Source: Macrostomum hystrix (lineage: Eukaryota; Animalia; Platyhelminthes). From it: DNA of 64,000 bases. The DNA lies in NCBI GenBank assembly GCA_950097015.1, contig CATNEN010000031.1, positions 744,001 to 808,000 of the forward strand, in the 5' to 3' direction. The first letter of the stretch is position 1, and every line of letters starts with the position of its first letter. Shown piece by piece: positions 44,201-56,400 of the stretch. The notes below the pieces were generated by a model. The model did no database searches. It was not told the origin of the DNA and worked only from the letters and a program-made list of their open reading frames with translations. The position numbers and the translations under genes were made by a program.

Positions 44201-46641
44201 TCAAATATTTCTATCTAAGTTTTGAAACGTATCAGCTTACAAACTAACGGAGGAATTTTCAGTGGTAACTTTTTAGTTTCAGTTGAATGAGAATTTTGTT
44301 CACAAAAAATCCAGCGGTTCTCCAGGGATGAGCTCACATCCAACCTGAACTCGTAGACCCCGCTTAGACAGAAGTGGCACGAGCTGGTGCTTTTGGTTTC
44401 CACTTTCTGAAAATTTCGGCAACGAGTATATTTGGTCCGATTCATTGCTAAATAGGACTGCCATGTACTAGCTGTGTTACATTCACTCACCACGAGCTTC
44501 CTTTGTATTTCGTATGTTGAGTAGTTCTTACATTTGTTAATCTCCTCCAAGCCGTTGCAAACTCTACAGGCAATCAATGTCACAGGAAATCCGGCATCAC
44601 TGGTGACGCTGAAGTTGACGGATCTTCCTTCTACCCAGAACTGGCGCCCACCGCTTTGAAGACCGGAGTCGTTGAAGTTGGATTTGCAAGTCTTTGGCTT
44701 TCTCTGAGTGCATTGAGGGCATTCTTAATTATAGCTCATTTTATGGCATGCACAAACAACATGAAAATCAACGAACAAGTGGCCCCGCTCTGTATACAAA
44801 TGGAATCAAAAATATAATATTTTGTTTTAGTAATCCTAGGAATGCAATCGGCTACCATTGTGCAACCGTCAGTCTAATTGACCCGAACCTAGCGGGGCCG
44901 CCGCATGCTGAAGGCAGCTAATCTGAGAGCTCTCTGATTCGGAGAGCTAATCTGAGGTGAGCAACGATTTGATCCGCTGAGTTCATTCAATCTCTCTTGT
45001 TTTCATCGTGAGCAAAGTAAACAAATCAGTAAAAAGCATATCGAGAACTCAGTACCATCGAGTTGCAGCCTTGTCGAGGCCCTGCGGGTTGAGTTGTCGC
45101 AGCTGAATTCACACAGGAGAACCCAATCGAACAGACTGTTCACTGGTTTGAATTCCAGCAAAAAGTCCCATGCCTCAGGCTTCAAAACTTTCTGGAATAA
45201 GAGAAAATCACCACTCAGTGCTTGCTGACAGGCAAAACTGATCAACCAAGGTGAATGGTCAGCTCAGGACTTACCAATGTCCCATTCCACTGCTCGCCAG
45301 CCTGAGATCTGATGCTGCAGCTGGGCTGTCTGCCGGAATCCATTCGGCACAGCAGAGACACGTTCACATGGACTGAATCATCGCTTTTCAAATGTTTCAG
45401 CCCAGGTTTGCATCGCTCAATCTTGTTCGAGACGGAGGCACAAGTAGAAAAATAAGCATGGTTTGCTTCTGCAAAGGAGTGATAGATGCCCAGTGTTTTA
45501 GAGAGTAGAACAAGTCCATATTACAAGTAAAAAAACATTCGATTCAGAATATTACGAGCGAATAAAAATGTTAAGGCTCGAGCAAAGATCAATGAGAAAC
45601 GAAAGCTCACCTTCTGTGATATCCAAGCCGTTGAAGGATGAGAATGAACTGCCTCGACGCTGCCGAATGAGAATGTGCTCAGTCGGCTGCAATGTGAGTT
45701 GTGATGCATGTGCTTAGAAAAGTCATCTGATCAATCTGGACTCTCAGTCGAATCAGTGGAGAGTGCAGTTACCAGTGGAATGGCGGTCCTGTTGCACTGC
45801 ACGAAGAACTCCGCAGTCGAGCCGGCTGAGACGCCTCCCCAGCCGCAGGAGGACAGAGCGGTCGAGTCGTGTCTGAGCACGGCAAGGCAGTTCGAGTCAG
45901 CCGCGAACGCTTCGGGTGGCAACCAGCTGCCGAGGAGAACCTGCAAGCCACTGCCTCCAGCTGAAATTGCAAAGCGGCTGCCTTGACAACAACGAACTGA
46001 CTCTGAGCTCAGCTGGGACTCACCTGCGTGCACAGTGACTGACAGCACTCGGACTTCTCTGACCAGCTTCAGCAGCAGCCAGTGGTAGCCGTCAGAGTCA
46101 GCGACTCTCCCGAGGCTCCAGGACCGCTCGCTGAGCTGGGACTCGCTGACGCAGCTCGGAGAACTGGCATCGCCGGACTGCCAAGCGGCAGCCACGTCCG
46201 CGCTGGAGACGCGGAACGTCTGGCTGTCAGCCGTGGAGGCTTCAGCCACGCCAGCCAGTAGGCCTGAGGGTGGTCGAATGGCTGTATGAGCTGACGCAAT
46301 TGTAGCCAATTGCAAATCGCATCAGTTGCCAAGGCAACACGAGCAGGGTCGAATTAAAGCATGCAGTTACGGTATATTAATGTTTCTTGGAGTAAGTAAG
46401 CGAAAATGGCTTGGGTCTGAAATCTCCTCTCCAAAGAATACACAGCTGTTTAATAAATCCTTGAACGAGTTGCTGGTTTGTAAGTCGGTTAGGTTGTCCT
46501 TCCTTTCTTGTTTGAGCTCTTGTGATCGAGGATAAAATTAAGTATCGCAGCATTCTTACCACACAAGTAGCAGCAGCAGCAGCAGCAGAGCCAGGACCAC
46601 AAGAAGCTCTGCAAGGAAAACAGTTGACACATGCTCGGCAT
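38227..46641 (-). CDS. Receptor gene D: signal peptide, lectin-like domain, ~6 Ig-like domains, TM, long tail with ITIM-like + ITSM motifs; one in-frame TAA (possible pseudogene)
   Basis: Exons 46641-46560, 46290-46024 (GYHWLLLKLVREVRVLSVTV), 45960-45773, ~45684-45609; Ig half-exons from 45.4 to 39.7 kb; terminal exon 38894-38227 with TM LFFISVGIGISTTTASLLTLGLIVALCIA and DVYVQVVK...TLYTDIVGHID; TAA at 44126-44124; exon phases at 44.9-44.5 kb unresolved. Confidence 0.75.
41781..43082 (-). mobile_element. Decayed mariner (D,D34D) transposon in an intron of gene D
   Basis: 1302 bp; imperfect TIRs CGA(A)GG...TGAAAGTTTTGAGAT; ATG at 42900 (MELTNRDFRAM); WVPHNL, TGDETW, HHDNASAH, HPAYSRDMAPCD motifs; frameshifts and a stop. 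Confidence 0.95.
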
Positions 46642-47643
46642 ATTCCTTTGCAGCTAGTGAATGTGCTACTCGTGCTTCTGCAGCTAATTAAGAAATTCGG
46701 CCTTGTGTTTTAGTCAAACTGCCTTTTATATTTTGATCCGTCAAAGGTAGGATATGGAAAGCAACCCTTTCAGCTATTGCTGCTAAATACCGTTTTGGTC
46801 CATCGGTGTGCCGATTTTGGCTGTTATAATGGACTGTTATAAGAGCTAGCGTGTATTGTAAACAATGATTCTGCCAGCAACGGGGCACAGAACCTCAGCT
46901 GAAATCAGCTCCGTCGTAGCTTTGCGTTCGGCCTCTCAAAGCCATTTTTCGTTGTGTTGAAACAGGACAGAGAAAGAAGAAATGCAGGAAGAGACAATTC
47001 AATTCTGGAAACACTTCACATCCTTGCTGATCTATATTTCATTTAGCTAATCGTAAAGTATTCTTGTCTTGAATTTTTGCCTTAAATAATTCACTTTGAC
47101 AATTCCTGTGTAAGCAAACAGGCAAACATAAAGTGAGAGGGCTTGTTCAGTGAGAGCGCTAGTACTAACTAAAATATAGTTTATATTCGGATATAGTTTC
47201 ATGCAAGAACTGATGGTTATTGACAAGTCCTAAGCTGGAATTTCGCATGGCTTAGCTCTAGCAGTCAGCGCGAGAGTGCCTTCTGAGTCAAGCCATGGTG
47301 ACTATGTTTTCTGACACGTTTTAACTTTGATACCTGTCAACTAGTTTTATTCGATGTCTAAGAACCATTCGGCCATTATGCAATGTAAATTCTGGAGCAT
47401 CAAAGCAGAATAAAACGCACATGATCCTGTAGTTATCCTGTGCTGCAGCATTCAGACTTGAAGTTGACCGGTATTGCAGTTTGGAAATGGAAGAGTCAAT
47501 TGTTGTCACTGCTTCTATGAAAGCCTATAGGGGCTAAAGTGACCAGCAATCGATATGATGCAGGCAAGGACTTGTCAAAACTAATAAAAAACTTGAGTTT
47601 TTTATCGTCGTGAGAAGCGGAGGATTGCGGTACTACTAATATA

Positions 47644-47859
47644 CCATAAAAATTGTTAGATTGACCAAGTGAGCGAGGCGAGAGAGCGAGGCGACTCCAT
47701 TTCGCTCGTCATCATTGCGCTTTTCACTCCATTTAGACTCTTCTCATTCCGTGAAAAAATAAGAATTGTTGATGATAATATATGACTAATTTTTTGAATA
47801 GTGAGAAGATGGTTCTCCGCTCGCCTCGCTCACTTGGTCAATCTAACAATTTTGTATGG
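47644..47859. mobile_element. MITE with ~40-bp TIRs (CCATAAAAATTGTTAGATTGACCAAGTGAGCGAGGCG) and TA flanks
   Basis: Inverted ends with TA on both sides; a partial further copy at ~49888-49930. Confidence 0.8.
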
Positions 47860-47979
47860 TAGCAAATAAAAATTTCCACACTCAATCGCACCCAATGATA
47901 TTTTAATGTTTCGTGAATATCACAAAAGAACAATACGACAGACTCGGGTATTGACCTGAACACACAAAAGGAGCTGGGT

Positions 47980-49880
47980 CAGGGTCGCTGCTTGGCTCAG
48001 TAGGGAATATAGTAAAATACAATCTACCTTGAATTACACTTAGCAGGAGCAGCAGCAGGTTCTACTCGTATAGCTACAGCTGTGAAAGGAGGTATTGACG
48101 CAGCAATAGCAGCTGAAGAGTTAAAAAACTCAAAGATTATAATCAAACTCTAGAGTTGCTCAAAGTTATAAAATACTTTAAAACAGAGCCGAAAGAAGAC
48201 ACAAAACTAACTACTACTACTGTTAGTAAGGAGGCAATGAAAAATTTCGAAGATCAACTTCTAGAACTAAAAGGTGAAAAGGAGTTAAAGACATTTTAAA
48301 ACTAATAAAATGAGTTCGGAAAAGCTTACACAAAAGGATAAAATACTAATCGATTTTCTAGAAGGTCTTATTGGATATTTTGATACGAATAATAAGGGTG
48401 ATTTATCTATTCTAAAACATCTAGATAGATTCGCAAAAGTTGACTAAAACACATATTTATAAAAACTTGGTTTCTCATATGCCCAACAAGGACATCCAAT
48501 AACATTAAGACATAATAATAAAAGCTAACGTTTAACAGATTCAGACATAATTTTTAATTGTCATTTCATGTTAAAAAGGATGGTGGTCTTCTTCCACTAG
48601 TACCAATCCTCCTCGGTCTCACGGCAGCAGGTGCAACAGCTTTAGCAGCAAAACGAACTAATGATAATCACAAGCAACTAGAAGAACTCAAAACTAAACT
48701 TCCGCTTCTAACGCTTTTACCACTTAAATTTGGTGGATTAGCAGCAGCTGGTGGTTTTGCAGGTGGAGCAGCAGGAATCGCAAAAGCTGTTAATGACAAA
48801 AAAGCTGCAGATGAAGCCGCAATCAGAGATGCTGAGTTCAACAAATGAATAATGACGCATAATTTAAACAAAAACTTATTGATACTCTAAATATTACTTC
48901 TGCTTCTGAATCAGATAAAGCAGCACCTCTAAAAAGTTGAATGGATCTGGTCTTATCTTACAAGGATCGAATCAAGGTCAAGGCCTTATCTTACAAGGCT
49001 CTGTCACAGGTCAAGGCCTTATCTTACAAGGCTCTGTCACAGGTCAAGGCCTTATCTTACAAGGCTCTGTCACAGGTCAAGGCCTTATCTTACAAGGCTC
49101 TGTCACAGGTCAAGGTCTTATCTTACAAGGATCGAATCAAGGTCAAGGCCTTATCTTACAAGGCTCTGTCACAGGTCAAGGCCTTATCTTACAAGGCTCT
49201 GTCACAGGTCAAGGCCTTATCTTACAAGGCTCTGTCACAGGTCAAGGCCTTATCTTACAAGGCTCTGTCACAGGTCAAGGCCTTATCTTACAAGGCTCTG
49301 TCACAGGTCAAGGCCTTATCTTACAAGGATCGAATCAAGGTCAAGGCCTTATCTTACAAGGCTCTGTCACAGGTCAAGGCCTTATCTTACAAGGCTCTGT
49401 CACAGGTCAAGGCCTTATCTTACAAGGCTCTGTCACAGGTCAAGGCCTTATCTTACAAGGCTCTGTCACAGGTCAAGGCCTTATCTTACAAGGCTCTGTC
49501 ACAGGTCAAGGCCTTATCTTACAAGGATCGAAACAAGATCAAGGCTTTATCTTATATAAGGCTCTGTCACAGGTCAAGGTCTTATTCTAGAGTCTACAAA
49601 TGTTGGATCCGGAGTAGCTGCCGATAAACTACAAGAATCGAAAGGAAAGATGGAAGTGGGTTCAATATAGAAATGCGTGCTAAAGTAGGTTCTGGAATCT
49701 TTCTTAAAGGAAGTAACACTGGGCAGGGTCTAATTCTCGAAAAATCAAGCTGCCAATGTTACAAATTTTATCATATTAATTATTTCCTATAAAATGAATC
49801 AAAGAAAAGTCCGCGATGCTAGAAAACGAGTTGAGCAAAGAAGACGCGATGAGCAAAGAAGGACCTATTAGAGAAGAACT
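47980..49880 (+). mobile_element. Degenerate Maverick/Polinton (adintovirus-like) fragment encoding Gly/Ala-rich virion-type ORF remnants
   Basis: GGLLPLVPILLGL, GGLAAAGGFAGGAAGIAKAVND and repeated GxGL/IxL motifs (GSGIFLKGSNTGQGLIL), which I recall from Polinton structural ORFs; AT-rich, intronless, broken frames; no polB, integrase or capsid seen. Confidence 0.6.
48940..49575. repeat. 33-bp minisatellite (GTCAAGGCCTTATCTTACAAGGCTCTGTCACAG), ~19 copies, reading GQGLILQGSVT
   Basis: Direct repeats, with a GSNQ variant recurring about every 5-6 units. Confidence 0.96.
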
Positions 49881-50384
49881 AAATTGCCAGATTGACCAAG
49901 TCAGCGAGGCAAGCGTAAAACCATCTTCTCAGAATGTTAATCTATGGAGAATCTAACTACGTTATTTCTAATCTCTTGTTCTAATAAAAAATGTTACATT
50001 TTTGGGGGTGTCGCGACTTTCGTCTCTGCCTTCTGTCCTCTATTCACACTTTCGTTCTCTGCACTTTTCTTGTTTACATCGTCCAGTTCAATCTAGTTCT
50101 TTCTCTCTCGTTATCTCTGCGGCTGATCTCTCATTCTATATCCTTTCTTTCTTTCCTCCTTTCTGATTGGTCCGCCGCTCACGTTCTAGCCTCCTCTCCT
50201 ACCCTCAGTCGCGCACTCTTGTTATCGTACCGCCAACCCCCCTTCCTTATCGCTCTTTTCTCAGAGCAGGTTCTTGAATAGGATGATAGACCTATCAGGC
50301 ATCTCAATGCTAATACAAAGGACTGTATTACTTTGTGTACTTTAGTCTTGACAGAAATATTAAAAGCAACACCTATTCTAGTTG

Positions 50385-50620
50385 GGCCAGTTGTATAGCC
50401 AGTGGCTACTGCATGACGCTTCCAAAAGCTGTGTACAGTTGTTCAGTCCGTGGACTGGGCATACAACAACACCTACCCAAATTTCTACCTTAGATTCTTC
50501 TGGTACGCATTTTACAGCTGGGTGAACGGAAGCACTCATGAAGCGTCTCCTTCTGTGCCATACATAGCCTCTTGTCGACTGAAGTTTAACCCCCAAACCT
50601 ATCATACAGGAGTCTGGTGT
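50385..50620 (-). mobile_element. Old degenerate SINE copy
   Basis: Minus strand TCACCCAGCTGTAAAATGCGTACCAG...CCCAGTCCACGGACTGAAC matches the SINE body. Confidence 0.6.
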
Positions 50621-50766
50621 TCTAACCAGTGGGATAGAAGCTTCCTTCATCCATCATGCACTATTTTTCATACATTGTTCAAACAAAAATCATACTATAG
50701 AACTGTTCCAATCATACTGACATACCGGAAATTATGAATCAATTCTGCACTTTAGAACTAAAGCTA

Positions 50767-51341
50767 CGAGGGCTGTCCCAAAAGTAGTGTTACTTTTGAT
50801 TATATCTTTTGTTCTGATGGTTCAAATAACGTGATTTTACACAGTCTTATAGCGGCAAGTCTCTTCTTTATATTAATTCAAATCTTTTTTCTAACAGACT
50901 AGGGAAATAGAAGTTATCAACGAAAAACTAACAGGACCTCAAACATAGACTTACAGTAAATCAACAAGCTATCGGAATGCTACGAAAGTGCTTTCGACTG
51001 AAGTCACTCTTTCAACCAAAATTTCTCAATTTCTCAATCCGCGACAAAGATATGTCTCTGGAAAAATCATAATGAAGTTATAATTTGAAAGTTGTCTCTG
51101 GAAAAGATGGAATGAAATCTTCATATCTCTCACTGGGACTTGGCTTCAGTACGAGCATGTTTGTTCTCATTTCTTGCTGTGCTAAAGTTGATAACTTCTG
51201 TTTCCCTAGTCTGTTAGAAAAAAGATTTGAATTAATATAAAGAAGAGACTTGCCGCTATAAGACTGTGTAAAATCACGTTATTTGAACCATCAGAACAAA
51301 AGATATAATCAAAAGTAACACTACTTTTGGGACAGCCCTCG
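50767..51341. mobile_element. Tc1/mariner-type MITE with 155-bp TIRs and TA TSD
   Basis: TIRs 50767-50921 / 51187-51341 with one mismatch; CGAGGGCTGTCC ends; TA on both flanks. Confidence 0.93.
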
Positions 51342-51499
51342 TAAATAGATTCCATCGCGTCAGAACGCAACAACAGCTTTGATCCGCTTTTTATTGATGT
51401 GATCTAATGCGTGAAATTCACAATCCAGCCAACGGTTCGCACTATGCCATTTGATATGCAATGTTCGCAATAAAAAAATATATCAAAACCGCAATACTC

Positions 51500-53470
51500 T
51501 GAAGTAGCCTTGAGTTGGGAGAGCATCAGGTCGAATCTTCATTTTGGTTCGACAACTGCAAAGATTCGGTCAACAATGGAGATGTCAGTTAAGGTAAACT
51601 ATAGCTAAACTATTAAGCTAGGCTATAGTTAGTAAAGTATAATAAGATTAACAGTTAACCTGAGCAGTGTTTGTATAAACTGATATCGGTACAAAAAGGC
51701 CTGAAGGCTCATTCGTACCGCGTATGCCGTTCGTGAGATGCATCGTAGATTGCCCTCCGATTCAAGGCTCTTCATGCACTCGCGTTCCCTCACCTGAACT
51801 TAGAATCATTGCATTATGCCAGTAGCATGAGCATCAAGAACTCACGCTGCTGAGTTCTGGTGCCTCCTCCTGCTCTCTCTCTCTCTCTCTGCACCGCGCG
51901 CCCCAAAGTCAGCGAACTGCGAGGGGCGGGGACGTCAGAGACGCCCCAGTCTGCGAAGGAGATGCAGCACCGCCGCCGTGTCCGTGAGGATGTCGGCTCC
52001 ATCACTAGGCCGAGCCGAGTCGCCTCTGGGGCACGTGCGGAGGATGTGCTGCTCGGTGTCCGGGTTCCCGCAGTCCGGGCACTCGGGGTCATCGGACAGT
52101 CCGAGACGGTGGCGCGTGGCTGCTGCGAGGACGCTGCAACCCGCGCGCAGTTGGTTGATGAGGACCTCGTGCTTCCTCGGGAGCGCAGGAAGGCGAGGCC
52201 ACGAAGTGCCGCGGCGGAAGTCGAGGTCTCATTAAGCTCTGAGCCGACGAAGGTGGGCGTTGGCGGCCGACAGGGTGATCGCCCGGGCGCGCTGATGGGC
52301 CGTACAGAGGTTAGCGGCCCGGTCAGCCCGTTCGTTGAGCTCGATGCCGCAGTGGGCTGGGACCCAGGTCAGCCGGATGCAGGACCCGAGCTGGCTGGCG
52401 GTAGTCCAGATTTCCGATAGCGTGGGTTCGCCAGAGCAGGGGCCCCTCGCTATGGAGAGGATGGCCGCCTGAGAGTCCTTGAAGATGTCGATAGGCGAGG
52501 GCTCGCGTCCGGGGCCCGTGTCGATGAAGGTCCGGAGGGCGAGCAGGATAGCCTGAAGTTCGGCCTGCGTGCTACTGCAGATGGTTCCTGCCGCGTCGGT
52601 GACCACCCGGCCCCAGCGCGGCGTGATGACGATGGCCGCACTGGTTCGGTTGGCAGTTCCGCCCCGGACCGAGCCGTCCGTCCAGGCTGAGTTCTGGAAG
52701 GAGCCGCGTTCTGCCAGGTACTCCGTCGCTGCTGTGCTGCGGAGGCTTGGTGGTTGGTTTCGGCTGCAAAGTTGCGCTAGGCTGAGGTCGAGGGTGATGT
52801 CGGCTCTGGGCTCCCAGGGTGGGAGAGGCACATTGGCGTCCTCCCTGGGGAGGCTATCGAGCAGGCCATCGCTGTCAAGTTCCTGGCTGACTCGGCGCCA
52901 GCAACCCCGAAACTCACGGTGAAAGTCCAGCAGATGTCGTCCAGATTCCGCTGGTGTCTCTGGTAGCTCTCGTAGGCCCGGTTCTTAAGGCGTGGGGTGA
53001 CGTCCCTCAGAGCTATCTGGCGGGTAGGCGTATTCGCCGGAAGGCGGAGGACCCGTTCCCTGAGCATGGCGCTCCGTTGGAGGATCAGGTGTCCGAAGGT
53101 CGGAAGGTCCGCCACGGCGAGCAAGTCTTGTGTGTGGGTCAGCTGCAGACAGCCGGTAATGATTCGGGCGCAGCTGTGCTGCTGTCTGTCGATGAGGAGC
53201 TTGGTGCTTGGCGCCGCGAAAGCTCCCCAGACGCCGCAGGCATAGTCTGCCACGGATCTCACAGTGGCGATGTAGGCCATCCGGAGGATGTTGCTGTCGG
53301 CCCCGGCTGCTCTCGTGGCGAGTGCAGCAAGCGGTCGTCGGCGGGCTGCCATCTTCTTGCGAATATTAGTGGCCTTCTCCTGCTGCTGCCGCTGCTGCAG
53401 CAGATTCAGACGGGCAACTCGCAGCTGAATGGCCACCAGCTTGAAGCTCAACCGCGATCCGCTCAGTTGA
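51500..53470 (-). pseudogene. Relic E: 3' fragment of a gene-C-type receptor (post-TM tail exon plus downstream flank), split by a LINE
   Basis: KLVAIQLRVARLNLLQQRQQQE | EAPELSS + GTGAGT matches gene C QLVAIPLRVARLNSQQ...EDASELNS + GTGAGT; ~51525-51580 matches ~27500-27555. Confidence 0.8.
51875..53376 (-). mobile_element. 5'-truncated I-group LINE (RT C-terminus, RNase H, CCHC; Ingi/Nimb-like) with (GA)n tail and 8-bp TSD
   Basis: WTDGS, TQAELQAI, DSQAAI, WVPAHCGIELNERAD (RNase H); CPDCGNPDTEQHILRTCP; TSD CTCCTGCT at 51867-51874 and 53377-53384; frameshifted. Confidence 0.92.
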
Positions 53471-56400
53471 AAGCAAGCGTTTATTTGTGAGAAATACTGT
53501 TGGCTTAGTTAAGTGGGGTAAAGGACTGTATTGAGCGAGGACAGTGAAGTAAACACTGCAAGACGATGAGAAAGTCAGGGCAGATGTACACACTTATCCG
53601 TGAGCGTATCCCTGCGTACAGTATCCGTGTGCGTGTGTGCTCAGGAATTAGCGAAATGGGTAGAATTGCCTCACCTCGCTGGCTGCGGGTCTAGCGTCAC
53701 CAAATGATATGACATTGCCCGCAGCCCTTCTGCAAATATTTTTAATTATGATTTTGATTCCGATATTCCAATTTGGATATTATTAATTATTTAGTAATTG
53801 TTGTTTAACCTCGGCAATAAAACCTCGACAAGCAAACTTAGACTAATAATCCTCGGCTATCAAACAGTTTCACAGCAAAAATTGCGTGAATTCCGGCTCT
53901 GCGTGAGCGTTGCCTGAAGCCTGAAGACATGCCTGATTACAGTTGGTGCCACGAAAGGCGCAACTTTATAGTTTTGCTTTTAATTGCACTGGAAAATTGC
54001 ATTGAAAATTGCACTTCAGGCTGGTATATTTATTTATGCTTTCATCAAACGCAACAAATCGATTTCTTGAATAAATGGCTACGCATGTTATAGCTCGTTT
54101 TTCTCATTACTTCATTCGAAATCAACTACAATAGTGCAGTGCTGGCACTCAGTCTCCAGTCTCACTTGATGCACGCGAAACAGCTGGGAGACAATTCACA
54201 AAAAACATAATAAATACTCGTAGTTTGATGCATGCAGTACAGCTCAGAAAGATTATATCAGAAAGTCTGTTGTTTTTATTAAAGTTGCCACAAGCATCAG
54301 AATATTTCGCATATGGAACGAGAAATCTAGAATATGGAAGCAAAACTATTGGGAGTTCATGGCTGGCATGCACACAATTTATTGGGGATAACTAACTCCT
54401 GATAATACGAGCTCGAAGAACAAGTGATTGAAGCCTTTTGGTAATTGTAAGGAACAGGAATACGATTGAAATTTTATTAAGCAAAGCATAATATGATTAA
54501 AAAATCACACACAGTTTTCAGCTCACTCTACAAACAGTTTTTTAGCTTTATCAGCACAGCAAAAAATGGCTACTAGTTGAACCAAGTCTCATAACCTCGG
54601 TCGCTAGGTATAAGTTATCACCCACTTTTTTAATTTATTTTGGCCGGGAACGGCTGAGGACTCGTTTATTGGCCGAGGCGAAGCCGAGGCCATGAAACGA
54701 TGTCCGAAGACGTTTTCGGCCATAGATAAGTCAAACAAGTGGGTGATAATGTATTTATTCCACAGTTGAAGCCAGATAATTGTCACCGGACCAGATAAAT
54801 GTTTATCTGTCCCGGCCAGATAAATTTCAACGGCCAAATAAATACATTTATCTGGTCTATGGGCCAATCCAACTGGGGAATAATTAAAATTCAGAGTCTA
54901 ATAAGTGCTAAGTGCGGCACTCAATGTAATTGACAGACACGTTTTTATTTAAATTTCTTTTTTCGAATTTCGGCAGTAAAAACTTTTCCATCCTTCCGTC
55001 CTCCAATGACAGTTCTGCAGATCTCATGAAAAAGCAAGACACTGCGAGCTTGACGAAAGTCAGTTCACGTAAGTCCCAGTCGGTCCTCCGTCAGCATATT
55101 CGTACATGGTCTGAAATGCGGAAAAGACCAGACATTGTGGAAGCAGATGTAGGTCGCATGCGGAAATATGTACCGACAAAATGAGCTTCCGTACTCACGT
55201 TCGGGTCTCTGAAAGCTGTGGCAGGTGCCAGTGGTGGCTGTGAAGAGTTCTCCTCGTAGTAGATGGTCTGGAATCGCAGTTCAATGTGGTATGTCGTGTC
55301 ACAACTTGTTAAAGTTAAGGATCAAGGTAGCATATTACAAACTGCTTTGGCATCGCTAAATGCTAAGACAGGAACTACGCAGTATGCATAATCTGGTTTC
55401 GTAAAAAACTGAAACAGTTCAAGACATGTGCTTGCATTGGGATCTCTCTCAGCTCCGCTAAGAGGCATGCCAGGTCTCACTGAGTTCAGCTCGCTTGGCA
55501 TGCTCTAAAATGTCAGTGGAATTGAACCATGAGAAGGGTGATAAAAATGCCACAGAAATTCTATGAAGACAGAGCTTAGACCTACAATTGGATTTCTGTC
55601 AGCTGGCGATGAAACAAGCGGGATTGCTGCCGGATGACTTTGGGATTCCTGAGTCGCAGCAGCACAGGAGCAGCTCCGCCTCCAGACAGAAATCGAGACA
55701 ACGACGCCAAGCACGATTGAGAACAGCACGGCAGCCACCAGCAGGAGTCGATGCTCTGGCACTGAAGCGTCAGATTTGACAATCACAGAGTAGATTCCGA
55801 GCATTCCGATCCTCTGATGGCGCTGCTCCACGGAACACGAAACATTGACTGACTGCTCAGGCCTTCGCAAGTCGAATACTGTGTGGCGACGACCAGTTGA
55901 TGTGGGGTCACAGTTGCAGATGCTCACATTCTTAAAAAGTGCGATTCGTTGTCCTTTAAATTTGATTGAGTATCAGGCATCTCAATGAAATGATTTGGCT
56001 CACATGCCGGGTCCCAGAGCTCGTGAGCAGCGAGCATTTCATTCCTGATATCCAGCCCCCTTCTTTCACACGGATGCTGATGACAAGCAGTGTTCCCGAG
56101 ATCCTTGAGTCGGACAGATCCAACAAGTCCACTGCGGAATGAGCTAAAATGAGAGTTGCTTTGACATTTGGTTTGATAGGACTTTTGATCTCATTGTTCG
56201 GAGTATAGATTATGGCTGCTAGACAAAAGACAAACAAGCGCTTGTGTTCGCCGAGAGGAAACAAAGCTTGGCGGCTTGTCGCACAATTTACGATGAGAGC
56301 CAGCTCCCTAAACATAATTGGATTGTATACTGTCTTTTAATGAGAAAGTATGGCAGATGAGTTCACAATGAGAAGTGAGCACATCGGCATTTGTGTGTTC

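Noticed and set aside
54600-54870. GGCCGAGGCGAAGCCGAGGCC palindrome, possibly part of a repeat family
   Set aside because: Single copy here with no definable ends or TSD.
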